Made by a program: the position numbers and the translations under genes. Positions 12,760 through 26,579 of a DNA stretch of 64,000 nucleotides are shown in pieces. This stretch comes from Octopus vulgaris. Lineage: Eukaryota. Under the pieces are notes generated by a model. That model saw nothing but the letters and a program-made list of their open reading frames with translations. It ran no database searches and had not been told where the DNA came from. The stretch is taken from contig OX597822.1 of the NCBI GenBank assembly GCA_951406725.2, positions 18,972,001-19,036,000 of the forward strand. The letters run 5' to 3'. Each line of letters starts with the position of its first letter. Within the stretch, counting starts at the first letter, position 1.

Positions 12760-14935
12760 ATATTCCTGGCCCAAGGTGTTCAAACTTGGTCTAAATTTTT
12801 TGATGAAATAAAGTTCTTTATTTTGGCGTTGCGTGAAGGTTACGCTGTCACTGAATTTATAAAGTGGGTAAGTTGTAAATTTCGGATTTACATTTGCAGC
12901 ACATCTATGTGTCCGCTGACCAGTATTTTTCGGTATTCAGGGTTTCTAATTTGTGTTTTATGCACCGCCATCCTGTTACGTAAGCTATTTTTTGTATGGC
13001 CTATATACTGCCTATTGCAGCCTGCGCATGTTAAGACGTAAATTAAGTTTTCTGATGCGCAGGTGAAGTTTGCTCTAATGGTGAACTGATGGCCTTGTTC
13101 TAGTATAAATTCTGAACCTTCTACCAAGATGACACAAGATTCCGCAGTTGGGCCTTCCACATTTTCTAACTGCTGGTTTTGTGGTTGATGTTGAGTGCAG
13201 TTTAGCTTGGGTTAAAATCCTTTTCAAGGATTTTGGTTGCCATTTACTTTTAATGATGGTATGTGTTTCGAGGATCTGGTTCATCTTTGGGTCACCCTTT
13301 AGCAGGGCTGTGCTTTGTAGTATGGTGCTGAAGGCCTCATTGTTGAGTGGGTTGTGTGTAGAGATGTAGGGAAGGGTTTTTAATTGTTCTTTCTATTTTG
13401 GTTTTGTTTGTCTCAGGTCTTCTATACTTAATTTGAGTGCCCTTTGGATTGCACTGTCTATTAGGGGCTGTGGATAGTTTCTATTAGTGAGTGTGGTTCT
13501 AAGTTCCTGGAGACGTGTGTGTCGGGTGTTTGTGTCTGATATTATGGTGCAAATCCTTCTAGCTAAACAAAAAGGGACATTTATTCTAGTGTGTCGTGGG
13601 TGGCATGAATCAAAGGGTAGGTACTGTTTGGAGTCTGTCGGTTTATAGTAGATATCTGTCTCTATTTTGTTGTCGGTTTTCTTAATGAGGATGTCTAAAA
13701 ATGGTAATTCTTCTTCGTTATGATCCATCGTGAATTGTATATTATCATGTATTCCATTTAATAGTATTTTAAATTCCTCAAGTTTCTCTATACTTTTATC
13801 CCAGATGATGAAACATTCATCGAGGTATCTTTTCCAGTTGTTCTGGATGTAGGTGGAGAAGGTGTTTCCAAATTTCTCGAGTGTTATCTGGTAGAGTATT
13901 TTCTCGAGGTATCCCATCACTAGGTTGGCAAAAGAGGGTGCAGTACGCGTGCCCATCACTGTTCCCGATCTTTGTCTGTAGAAATCATTGTCAAAAATAA
14001 AGTAATTGTTTTCTAAAATAAATCTAAGTCCTTCTATTATAAGGTTTTTGTTTATGCGAGTTGGGAGTTCAAAGGAGTAGTTATTCAGCCAGAAGGTGAT
14101 CGCTTCTATTCCTAGGTTGTGAGGGATGTTAGAATAAAGATTAACTACGTCGAATGATACTAGAAGGGTTTTCTCATTGACTGTTTTAGGGAGGTGGTTG
14201 AGCATGTCTATATCGTCTCTTACGTAGCTTTTGATGTGTTTTAGGAAAGGTTTAAGAAGTGTGTCTAAGAAATTGCTGAGGCGGTGAGTCTCACATCCTG
14301 GCCCTGCTATTATCGGTCTAAGTTTAAGATCATTTGGTGAAGGGATTTTGATGAGTATATCGGTAGATGTTTTGCATGTTTCTCTAATTATTTGGCTTTT
14401 GTGTACTTTAGGGATACCATAGAACAAACTCGATTTGCATTTGAAGTTAGTGAGGTATTCATACTCCTTCTCCATGAGTCCTTCTCAGTATGTGTTGATT
14501 AATGTCCTGAGGTTATGCATTATTTTTTGCTGATTATACTGTTGGGCCCTTTCATAATACGTTTCATCTCTTAATAGGGATTGTACTAAATTTTTATAAT
14601 CGTTTGTATTCATTACTGCTATCGCGTTGCCCTTGTCTGCCTTCTTAATTGTTATTGCTTTGTCTTCTTTTAGTTTGATGAGGTCGTTCCATTCTCTTTT
14701 GTTAAAGTTAGGGCTGTGTTTTTGTTTTTTGGTGAATTGAAACGGGAAATTAGTTATGTAGTCACAATAGTGGTCTAAGGCTTTATTCTTTCCCTTGGTG
14801 GGGGTGTAATTGCTCTTGTTTCTAGCTATTGAATCCTCATCTATTAGTTTGCCATGAAATTCCTCGGTAAGTCTTACTTTCCTGCAAAATTCCAAAATAT
14901 AAGCTTTCATTTCATAGTAATTAGAACGTTGTGGG
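12760..14935 (-). pseudogene. PLE reverse transcriptase-GIY-YIG endonuclease, disrupted
   Basis: Motifs ITIKKADKG, FYGIPKVHK, LRPIIAG, LVSFDVVNLYSNIP, GTVMGTRTAP, RYLDECF (YxDD>YxDE), LPFLDI, YYKPTD, SCHP, NLIYVLTC..YIGHT..R. In-frame stops at 14485 and 13393; frameshifts near 13135 and 12895. Confidence 0.92.
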
Positions 14936-14943
14936 GTTGGTGT

Positions 14944-14948
<5 letters not shown>

Positions 14949-14991
<43 letters not shown>

Positions 14992-15313
14992 TATATATAT
15001 GTATATGTGTATATATGTATATAAATATATGTATATATATATATGTATATATATATATATGTATATATATATGTATATATATGTGTATATATATATATGT
15101 ATATGTGTATATATATATGTATATATATATATGTGTATATATATATGTATATATATATGTATATGTGTATATATGTATGTATATATATATATGTGTATAT
15201 ATATATGTATATATATATGTATATGTGTATATATATATGTATATATATATATATGTGTATATATATATGTATATATATATGTATATATATATGTATATGT
15301 GTATATATATATG

Positions 15314-15404
<91 letters not shown>

Positions 15405-15423
15405 GTATATATATATATGTATA

Positions 15424-15494
<71 letters not shown>

Positions 15495-15541
15495 ATATAT
15501 ATATATGTATATATGTATATATATATATATATGTATATATG

Positions 15542-15610
<69 letters not shown>

Positions 15611-15683
15611 ATATATATATGTATGTATATATATATGTATATGTATGTATGTATATATATATATATATATGTATATGTATGTA
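14949..15683. repeat. Long (TA)n/(TATG)n microsatellite
   Basis: Seen directly in the sequence. Confidence 0.97.
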
Positions 15684-15859
15684 TAAGGGCAAAATGAAAA
15701 TTCTAATGCCAAATATGCCGAAGAAAAGACAAAAATTGTCAATAACAATTATAATTTATGCGTCCCGAAACAAACCGATAGAAAATTCTAAAAAATCCGT
15801 TAACAATTTTTGTCTTTTCTTTGGCATATTTGGCATTAGAATTTTTCTTTTGCCCTTAT
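15683..15859. repeat. Inverted repeat with ~57-bp arms
   Basis: 15683-15739 (ataagggcaaaatgaaaattctaatgccaaatatgccg...) is the near-perfect reverse complement of 15803-15859. Confidence 0.85.
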
Positions 15860-15969
15860 TTTGTAAATTATTTATGAATTTAACCTTTAAAGGTATTTTT
15901 TGATATGCTGGCCATTGATAAAATTTTTTGCCGAAAAACATTTTATCGTACATTAGCTATATATGTATG

Positions 15970-16010
<41 letters not shown>

Positions 16011-16018
<8 letters not shown>

Positions 16019-19000
16019 TCAATATAGGGTGGCAAAAAAATTTTGTAGAATTCTTTTGCCACCAACGGCCTAGTGGGAAAAAATTAAATAGTCATAAACC
16101 ATTTTTACGTTCAACATCAAGGAACGGCCATAATAGGCCATTCACCCACTAGAAATAACAGCCAAAAGCTTTAACCGCAAAATAACATTAATTCTGTAAA
16201 CCAGGAGAAAATTGAAAAACTTTTACCCTGTAATTTCTTAGACGATGCACCGTTTCATCTACCGTTTAATGGTAAACTAACCTGATTAAAGTAAATCAAG
16301 CCAATCCACCATAGGCCCTTAGACTCATCAGTAAGAAATAGCCAAGTCGGAACAGATATTTTTCACGAGGTATTCCTCTTGCTACCTCGGCAATATCTGA
16401 CCTAAAATTTTCAAATCGTCGCACTCGCGTCAAATTTATCGGCAGCAAATAAATATAAGCCACCGATTCCATTACGGAACTAACCAGAAAATTCATAATT
16501 AATCAATATAGGGTGGCAAAAAAAATTTTGTAGAATTCTTTTGCCACCAACGGCCTAGTGGGAAAAAATTAAATAGTCATAAACCATTTTTACGTTCAAC
16601 ATCACAATCAAGGAACGGCCATAATAGGCCATTCACCCACTAGAAATAACAGCCAAAAGCTTTAACCGCAAAATAACATTAATTCTGTAAACCAGGAGAA
16701 AATTGAAAAACTTTTACCCTGTAATTTCTTAGACGATGCACCGTTTCATCTACCGTTTAATGGTAAACTAACCTGATTAAAGTAAATCAAGCCAATCCAC
16801 CATAGGCCCTTAGACTCATCAGTAAGAAATAGCCAAGTCGGAACAGATATTTTTCACGAGGTATTCCTCTTGCTACCTCGGCAATATCTGACCTAAAATT
16901 TTCAAATCGTCGCACTCGCGTCAAATTTATCGGCAGCAAATAAATATAAGCCACCGATTCCATTACGGAACTAACCAGAAAATTCATAATTAATCAATAT
17001 AGGGTGGCAAAAAAATTTTGTAGAATTCTTTTGCCACCAACGGCCTAGTGGGAAAAAATTAAATAGTCATAAACCATTTTTACGTTCAACATCACAATCA
17101 AGGAACGGCCATAATAGGCCATTCACCCACTAGAAATAACAGCCAAAAGCTTTAACCGCAAAATAACATTAATTCTGTAAACCAGGAGAAAATTGAAAAA
17201 CTTTTACCCTGTAATTTCTTAGACGATGCACCGTTTCATCTACCGTTTAATGGTAAACTAACCTGATTAAAGTAAATCAAGCCAATTCACCATAGGCCCT
17301 TAGACTCATCAGTAAGAAATAGCCAAGTCGGAACAGATATTTTTCACGAGGTATTCCTCTTGCTACCTCGGCAATATCTGACCTAAAATTTTCAAATCGT
17401 CGCACTCGCGTCAAATTTATCGGCAGCAAATAAATATAAGCCACCGATTCCATTACGGAACTAACCAGAAAATTCATAATTAATCAATATAGGGTGGCAA
17501 AAAAATTTTGTAGAATTCTTTTGCCACCAACGGCCTAGTGGGAAAAAATTAAATAGTCATAAACCATTTTTACGTTCAACATCACAATCAAGGAACGGCC
17601 ATAATAGGCCATTCACCCACTAGAAATAACAGCCAAAAGCTTTAACCGCAAAATAACATTAATTCTGTAAACCAGGAGAAAATTGAAAAACATTTACCCT
17701 GTAATTTCTTAGACGATGCACCGTTTCATCTACCGTTTAATGGTAAACTAACCTGATTAAAGTAAATCAAGCCAATCCACCATAGGCCCTTAGACTCATC
17801 AGTAAGAAATAGCCAAGTCGGAACAGATATTTTTCACGAGGTATTCCTCTTGCTACCTCGGCAATATCTGACCTGAAATTTTCAAATCGTCGCACTCGCG
17901 TCAAATTTATCGGCAGCAAATAAATATAAGCCACCGATTCCATTACGGAACTAACCAGAAAATTCATAATTAATCAATATAGGGTGGCAAAAAAATTTTG
18001 TAGAATTCTTTTGCCACCAACGGCCTAGTGGGAAGAAATTAAATAGTCATAAACCATTTTTACGTTCAACATCACAATCAAGGAACGGCCATAATAGGCC
18101 ATTCACCCACTAGAAATAACAGCCAAAAGCTTTAACCGCAAAATAACATTAATTCTGTAAACCGGGAGAAAAATGAAAAACTTTTACCCTGTAATTTCTT
18201 AGACGATGCACCGTTTCAGCTACCGTTTAATGGTAAACTAACCTGATTAAAGTAAATCAAGCCAATCCACCATAGGCCCTTAGACTCATCAGTAAGAAAT
18301 AGCCAAGTCGGAACAGATATTTTTCACGAGGTATTCCTCTTGCTACCTCGGCAATATCTGACCTAAAATTTTCAAATCGTCGCACTCGCGTCAAATTTAT
18401 CGGCAGCAAATAAATATAAGCCACCGATTCCATTACGGAACTAACCAGAAAATTCATAATTAATCAATATAGGGTGGCAAAAAAATTTTGTAGAATTCTT
18501 TTGCCACCAACGGCCTAGTGGGAAAAAATTAAATAGTCATAAACCATTTTTACGTTCAACATCACAATCAAGGAACGGCCATAATAGGCCATTCACCCAC
18601 TAGAAATAACAGCCAAAAGCTTTAACCGCAAAATAACATTAATTCTGTAAACCAGGAGAAAATTGAAAAACTTTTACCCCTGTAATTTCTTAGACGATGC
18701 ACCGTTTCATCTACCGTTTAATGGTAAACTAACCTGATTAAAGTAAATCAAGCCAATCCACCATAGGCCCTTAGACTCATCAGTAAGAAATAGCCAAGTC
18801 GGAACAGATATTTTTCACGAGGTATTCCTCTTGCTACCTCGGCAATATCTGACCTAAAATTTTCAAATCGTCGCACTCGCGTCAAATTTATCGGCAGCAA
18901 ATAAATATAAGCCACCGATTCCATTACGGAACTAACCAGAAAATTCATAATTAATCAATATAGGGTGGCAAAAAAATTTTGTAGAATTCTTTTGCCACCA

Positions 19001-19380
19001 ACGGCCTAGTGGGAAAAAATTAAATAGTCATAAACCATTTTTACGTTCAACATCACAATCAAGGAACGGCCATAATAGGCCATTCACCCACTAGAAATAA
19101 CAGCCAAAAGCTTTAACCGCAAAATAACATTAATTCTGTAAACCGGGAGAAAATTGAAAAACTTTTACCCTGTAATTTCTTAGACGATGCACCGTTTCAG
19201 CTACCGTTTAATGGTAAACTAACCTGATTAAAGTAAATCAAGCCAATCCACCATAGGCCCTTAGACTCATCAGTAAGAAATAGCCAAGTCGGAACAGATA
19301 TTTTTCACGAGGTATTCCTCTTGCTACCTCGGCAATATCTGACCTAAAATTTTCAAATCGTCGCACTCGCGTCAAATTTA
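16011..19380 (-). repeat. ~490-bp tandem array (6.9 copies), one hammerhead ribozyme per unit; retrozyme-like
   Basis: Unit starts at 16011, 16495, 16986, 17476, 17966, 18456 and 18947. Only a few differences between copies. Flanked by (TA)n on both sides. Confidence 0.93.
16233..16339 (-). ncRNA. Type I hammerhead ribozyme, copy 1 of 7 (others start at 16724, 17214, 17704, 18194, 18685, 19175)
   Basis: AUUUCUUA-CUGAUGA-GUCUA..(19-bp hairpin)..UAGAU-GAAA-CGGUGCAUCG-UC|UAAGAAAU. Stem I is 8 bp, the core is canonical, and the GUC cleavage site falls between 16241 and 16240. Confidence 0.9.
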
Positions 19381-19424
19381 TATATATATATATATATGTG
19401 TGTATATGTATATGTATATGTATA

Positions 19425-19498
<74 letters not shown>

Positions 19499-19584
19499 CA
19501 TACATATATATATATATGTATATATGTGTATATATATTTATATATATATATATACGTATATATATATGTATATATATATATGTA

Positions 19585-19721
19585 TATGTGACCTCGTGTG
19601 TACCATTGGCGATATTTTTTTCCTCTGTCTTCCCTTCTCTATATATATATATATATACCGGAGTAAGCACATAAATGTGAAACGAGGTGGAATAAAGAGT
19701 ACTCAAATACCAGTGGTAGAG

Positions 19722-19779
<58 letters not shown>

Positions 19780-19856
19780 GTGACCTCGTGTGTACCGTTG
19801 GCGATTTTTTTTCCCTCTGTCTTCCTTCTCTATATATGTATATATGTATATATATG

Positions 19857-19918
<62 letters not shown>

Positions 19919-20065
19919 CTGGAGTAAGCACATAAATGTGAAACAAGGTGGAAAAAAGAGTACTCAAATACCAGTGGTAGAGTAATATGCTTTATTTAAA
20001 GCAGCAGAAAATTCAACGAAACCTGTTACTCTGAGTTTAACGTTGCCGTTCGTCAGACTGTTTTT
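19585..20065. repeat. Tandemly duplicated composite of two short repeat fragments separated by (TA)n; second copy ends in a decayed HHR
   Basis: 19585-19725 is repeated at 19776-19987. Minus-strand motif at 20025-20059 reads GU-CUGACGA-ACG-GCAA-CGU-UAAA-CUCAGAG-UA-AC (G12>U). Confidence 0.65.
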
Positions 20066-20842
<777 letters not shown>

Positions 20843-21139
20843 ATCACCGTGATCACCGTGACCGACCAGGCTATCAGATGTTGCTACACATCGCTGGTCA
20901 CAATGCGCTTAGCATTGTTTTAGCCTTCAAATGACCTCACCCCACTGGCTAAGCGTGCAGGCCAACAGACGAAAGAGTGAGAGAAAGTTGTGGCAAAAGA
21001 GTACAGCAGGGATCACCACTACCCCCTGCTGGAGCCTCGTAGAGCTTGAGGTGTTTTCGCTCAATAAACACTCTGGGAATCGAAACCACGATCCTACGAC
21101 CGCGAGTTTGCTGCCCTAACCACTGGGCCACTGCGCCTC

Positions 21140-21140
<1 letters not shown>
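20843..21140 (-). mobile_element. tRNA-derived SINE (same family as 5155-5462)
   Basis: Reverse complement begins ggaggcgcagtggcccagtggttagggcagc and matches the 5155 copy through to the tail. Confidence 0.8.
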
Positions 21141-21177
<37 letters not shown>

Positions 21178-21211
21178 GATATATATATCTATATATATAT
21201 ATATACATATA

Positions 21212-21251
<40 letters not shown>

Positions 21252-21267
21252 CATATATATATATATA

Positions 21268-21391
21268 AGGTTAATCCAAACGGGAAAACAGAAAAAACAA
21301 CACGTGGAACAATTACAGTATTATTATTATTAGGCGCTCATGAAAATGGAAGAAGGAGGGTATGACGTTTCGAGCGGAGCTCTTCGTCGGA

Positions 21392-21395
<4 letters not shown>
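21268..21395 (-). mobile_element. Truncated short HHR-bearing repeat; best-preserved HHR of its family (21360-21394)
   Basis: GUUU-CCGACGA-A-GAGC-UCC-GCUC-GAAA-CG-UC-AUAC. Confidence 0.7.
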
Positions 21396-21445
<50 letters not shown>

Positions 21446-22068
21446 GGGAGTAAATCCAAACTTACAGGGAAAAATTATATTTAGGATTAAATCCAATTTT
21501 ATAGTATAAATATATATTATATTAAATTAGAGATAAAACCACTATTAGGCAAATCAAACAGTCAAAATCATAAGCCAATACATAGAAAAAAATTAATTAA
21601 AAAAATATAAAATATAAATATAAAAAATATAACATATAAAATTTCAAATTAAAATATTTAATTAAAGTTAATATTTTGAAAATTATTTAAATAATTTAAA
21701 CTTATAAATTTTAAATATATATATATATGTATATGTATATATATAAATGGCGGTGCCCCAGCATGGCCACAGCTCATAAGCTGAAACTGGAAAAATCAAA
21801 ATCAAAAAAAAAATCAAAATATATATATATATATATATATATATTCTCTTGTATTTTTTAATTATTATTTAGCATTTTATTATTTTATTTTATTTATTTA
21901 TTATTTTTTTTGTAAATTATATAACTATATATATATATATATATTTTCTTTTATTTTTTTTATTATTATTTATTATTTTATTATTTTATTTTATTTATTT
22001 ATTATTTTTTTGTAAATTATATAACTATCAAAAAGTATTAAAAGTTTAATATAAGAAAATAGTAAAAG

Positions 22069-22162
22069 CACTACGATCGTTTCATGCCCGTAACCAATTC
22101 GAATAACAATAATTTAAATTCAATTAATAATTCGAATTATGGTTACAGTCAATCTTCAGGTT
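22069..22162 (-). ncRNA. HHR in the PLE2 3' pLTR
   Basis: AC-CUGAAGA-(long stem II ..UGUAACC../..GGUUACG..)-GAAA-CGAUCG-UA-GU. Palindromic stem III; stem I is weak. Confidence 0.7.
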
Positions 22163-23682
22163 AATTGTAATATTTTAATAAGTAAACAGAAATATGTAAG
22201 CAATATTTTTAAGAAATAAATAATATAATAATTTTACTTATAAAAAACTCTATTATCAAACTAGAAACTTAACGATTATGATTAAATCAAAACATCAATT
22301 ATAATGTTAAATATTAATTCTAATTTTTAAGTATTAATTTGTAAGGTAAGACACCCACCAATAATCTAATATCAGTAATAGTCAGTATCTAATTACATAA
22401 ATATTTTACAAAAAAACTATTATATTATTAAAAATATAAAATTCAAATAATATATAAATTATCAATGAAAATATATAAATGTATATAAATATTATAATTA
22501 AGATCTAAAATAATCTCTATAAATATATATATGCACATATAATAAAGACCTAATAAATTAATTTTTCATATTTAAAGATGAAATAGCTAATTTCAAAACA
22601 ATAAACAAACAATCTTATATGAACGCTATATCAAATTAACTATCTTTATATCTCGTTGGCTAAATACTAACTATCAGAAATCTTATATTTAAAATACTTA
22701 AAGAAATAATCAATTCGTAGTTATATAGTATCAAATAAATACTATAAATATATTTATCAATGGGAATAATAAATCTAGCAAATATCAATTTAAAAAGACA
22801 ATAGATAAGTTAAAATGATAATTATAAGAAATTTAAAACTACAATTAATGCTTTTAATACATGTATATACATAAACCTAACTTCAAACAACTCGTATACT
22901 TGCTATCCAACAACATATCTATTGCTAAGTAAATTCTTACGAATAAACTTAAAGTTAATATCTCATAATTATAAAGAAAATTACGATAATTAGATCATTA
23001 CATAAACAACGATATTTACATAAAAAACAATATTATTACACCATAAGACTTGTAAAATATTAAAATTCAAAGATCTTAAATATAAATATATATATACTTA
23101 GCTTAGCGAGGTTTTGTGATGAACTAAACTTTTGAATCGGAAAACGTCTTTACAGCGTTTATAAGAATACTCGTGGAATTACGTTATTAGCAAAAAAAGA
23201 ATGAATTGTTGAAGAATTCATTAAGCATGAGTAACAAATACGCTTTATCAATGAAGATTGTGAATCGGAACAGTTATGGTTTATCAATAAATGTAAATAG
23301 AATGAACTTACAGATAAAGAATAGAATCACTCTATACTATAAGATTTATTAAACCTAACTTCAAACTACTTGTATACTTGCTATCAAACAACGTATCTAT
23401 CGCTAAGTAAATTCTTATACTCTAAGATTTATTAATAAAATAACTATGATAAATAATACTTAATACAGAATAAATTAAATAATTATATATACTCTAAAAA
23501 TCTTATATGATTAATAAATATATAAAAAAAAAGTTTTTATAGTAACCCCTCAACGTACTATAAATTCTTTCCCTATTACTCTTATAATTATAAGCTAAAA
23601 CTAGTGATCATAACCATCAACTCTAAAATACTTATCAAAATTTGAGCTATAACTATACATGCGTATATATATATATATAAAT

Positions 23683-23719
<37 letters not shown>

Positions 23720-24149
23720 CATACATACACACATACACATACATACATACACACATACACATACATACATGCACATACATACATACAATACGCAATACAT
23801 ACACATATATACACACACCCACACACACACACCCACACACACACGCATAAATAAATGTATATACATATACATAAACATATACACATATATACATACATTC
23901 ACACACATGAACACATATCATATAAATAAATATGTATATAAATCTCAATATTCATACTTCAATACAAACATAGAGGTAAACATTAAGTTTAATCTATATA
24001 CTCAATCTTACTAAACTATACTTCTATATTAAATAAAATAGATTAAATAAACATCCAAAAAAAGATCTATTTCAAATGTAAAGAGATTACATATATATTA
24101 ATTTAACAAAATTATAACAGAAATGAGCTAATTAGGGCTAAGAAATATT

Positions 24150-26579
24150 CATTATTTATCTAGAAATTTATTATATAAGTAAAGTAACTTGTGTCTGTAT
24201 TTTATTTTGCGCTCATCCCAGGTATTCACTAAATTATCATGCTTATAAAATAAAATTTCCTTAAACTCATTTGAACATAAATAACAAAAATTCCCTCCTA
24301 TACTATATGATTTAGCCTTACTAATTATTTCCCATGTTAAATCATAATTAATATTTTGGGATTTAAGTCCCCAAATGTACTTACTCCAGTTGAGTTAAAT
24401 AGGTTTTTATTTTTAAATGAATGCATATGCTGTGCGATTCTTAATTTTATTTTAAAGGCAGTGGACCCTATATATATCGCGTTTAAGTTATTATTATTCT
24501 TATTATTCTTATAACTATACATTTATACACTACATCGTTAATATCACATTTATTATTTATTTTGCATTTAGTTTTATCTCTACATGTACAGTTAATGAGT
24601 GTCTTATCTTTTTTATTTTTAGTATTATTATATAATTTATTTTTATTAAAATTATTCAGTTTAAATTTGTTAAAAGAAGAAATAATGTTACCTACACTAT
24701 TAGTTGTAGAATAACCTACTCCAAAATTATTACTAGAGAAAATATTTTTATATTTACGATTATCTTGAATAAATTGTTCAATAATATCTAAAATCTCTTT
24801 AATAATGTTCGTGTTAACTTGAGCACCATAAGGAACTATTAACCAAATTTTATTCTTATTTTTATTATTATTATTATTAAAACTATTATTATTATTGTTA
24901 CCATTACTATTATTATATTTCTTTATCATATTATTAGATTTAAATTTATAATTATAATTAACATTTAAAGAATTATTAAAGTTATTATTTTTAATTTTAT
25001 TCTTATTTTTATTTATATTATTTTTAATTTTATAATTACTAAAATTATTACTAATATTACTAACAAAATTATTATAATTATCATTAATATTTTTATCTTT
25101 ATTATTAATAGTTTTATCTTTATTTTTAATAAAAAATTTAATATTACTATTATAACCTGCCTCTCTAAGGGCCTCATTGTAATAAGGAGCATGTTTATTA
25201 AAAATCTCTAAATCATAAGAAAGTAATGATATACGTTTACTTATATTATTAATTAACGACTTTTTAATTGATGGTGGGTGATTACTATTAACATTTATAT
25301 ATCTAAGGTTCTCATTAAGTTTATGATATGGTTGTGTTTTACCCGTAATTAGATTAAAATTAACATCTAAATAATTAACATTAAAATTCTCATTATATAT
25401 AGTAATACTTAAACCATATCTTTTAATGAAACTATAAAGTTTTTTCTTATATAATTCAAGGTTCCTATAAGTGCAATTCTTATTAATTAGTAGAAGATCA
25501 TCCCTATATAAACCACCCTCTATTTATAAATTTTCTAATTGGAGTTCAGATAAAAGATAAATACCTACTAAATCCGTAGCTTGTGCAGAATCAGGTGCCC
25601 CCATAGATATATCAAAAAAGTCCCTAGTATCTTTGCTAGCCCATAATTTATTATTGTATCTTATAAACGATTTCCTAGCCATTTTAATTACATTAACCTC
25701 TTCAAAAGTCATTCCCACTTTATTCATTGCAAAGATAAGGGCCTTATTAAACACAATTTCATTAATAGAAGAATAGTAATTATCTATATCTATTTGAATA
25801 AATTTGTATCGATTTTTATCTTTAATATCATTAAACCAATTTAAAGTATTATTATTACTAAACCATAATTTTAAGTAATTAAGTTTAGTTAATTTATTAA
25901 TATATTTATCTAAAATAAGTTTACTCAATTTACCAAAGTCAGATTTACATGGACAAATTAATCTAACTTTAGGGTCTGAATAAAAATTATCTTTATGGTC
26001 TTTCAAAGTAATTCTAGGGTGCATAGGTACATAAGATTCAGTTTTATTATCCAACTCATAGTTTATCATGACTAATTTAGAGGCCTTATTAATATTATAA
26101 AGTATACTATCTGGAACAATTTTATATTTTTTAATTATCTCTTTCTCTAAAAGGTTATATAATTCAACATCCAGTTTATATAGATTCCTAGTTTTATCTG
26201 ATTGTACAATACTACCATCCATATTTCTCATTTCTTTAATTCTAATAGCTAAATTTCTTAAATATTCATTATTTCTGTTTGGGTATTTATGAAATTTTAT
26301 GTTTTTCACCGCCTTCCAAATATTATCTTCTAGTATCAGTAATTCTCTATTAAATGGGGGTTAATTTTTGGATTTAAATTTAGAAGTAAAATTATTATTC
26401 ATACTATCATTAAAATTAGATATATTATAGTTAGAATAGTAGGCTTTCCATTTAATTCTAGAAACAAAATCCTTAATATTATTAATAAGTTTCAAAATAT
26501 ATTCTTTTCTAGAAGGTATTGGAATATCCTTCAAAGATTAATTCCAAAATGGCGGTTCTATCTTACCTGTAAATTCCAT
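24150..26579 (-). pseudogene. PLE RT-GIY-YIG ORF, disrupted by stops and frameshifts
   Basis: Motifs SLKDIPIPS, SRIKWKAY, SDKTRNLYK, ITLKDHK, RLICPCKSDFGK, IDIDNYYSSI, ISMGAPDSAQ, GLYRDD (~25497-25517), NYLDVNFNL, NHTPPSI, CTCR..C..C..VVYK, YIGST..R..H, CYLC. Confidence 0.9.

Larger units (their letters stand above)
11612..14948 (-). mobile_element. Penelope-like retroelement 1 (Neptune-like), 5'-truncated, inserted in (TA)n
   Basis: RT plus C-terminal GIY-YIG endonuclease, a Cys-rich linker (KCGRPNC), and a ~1.1-kb 3' UTR with a decayed HHR. Both ends abut TA repeats. Clade call is from motif recall. Confidence 0.88.

Noticed and set aside
13393-14475. Telomerase or functional RT gene
   Set aside because: It is linked to a GIY-YIG endonuclease, bounded by in-frame stops, and has the catalytic DD mutated to DE. 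It is a dead PLE.
16282-16340. Possible second, plus-strand ribozyme that would make the unit ambisense or viroid-like
   Set aside because: CTGATTA and CTGACCT lack the CUGANGA consensus and no matching stems were found. I saw no twister or HDV-like fold by eye, though a covariance-model search is needed to exclude them.
16296-16496. 66-aa ORF repeated in each 490-bp unit
   Set aside because: No recognisable motif. It overlaps the ribozyme and hairpins, and its recurrence is explained by the DNA repeat.
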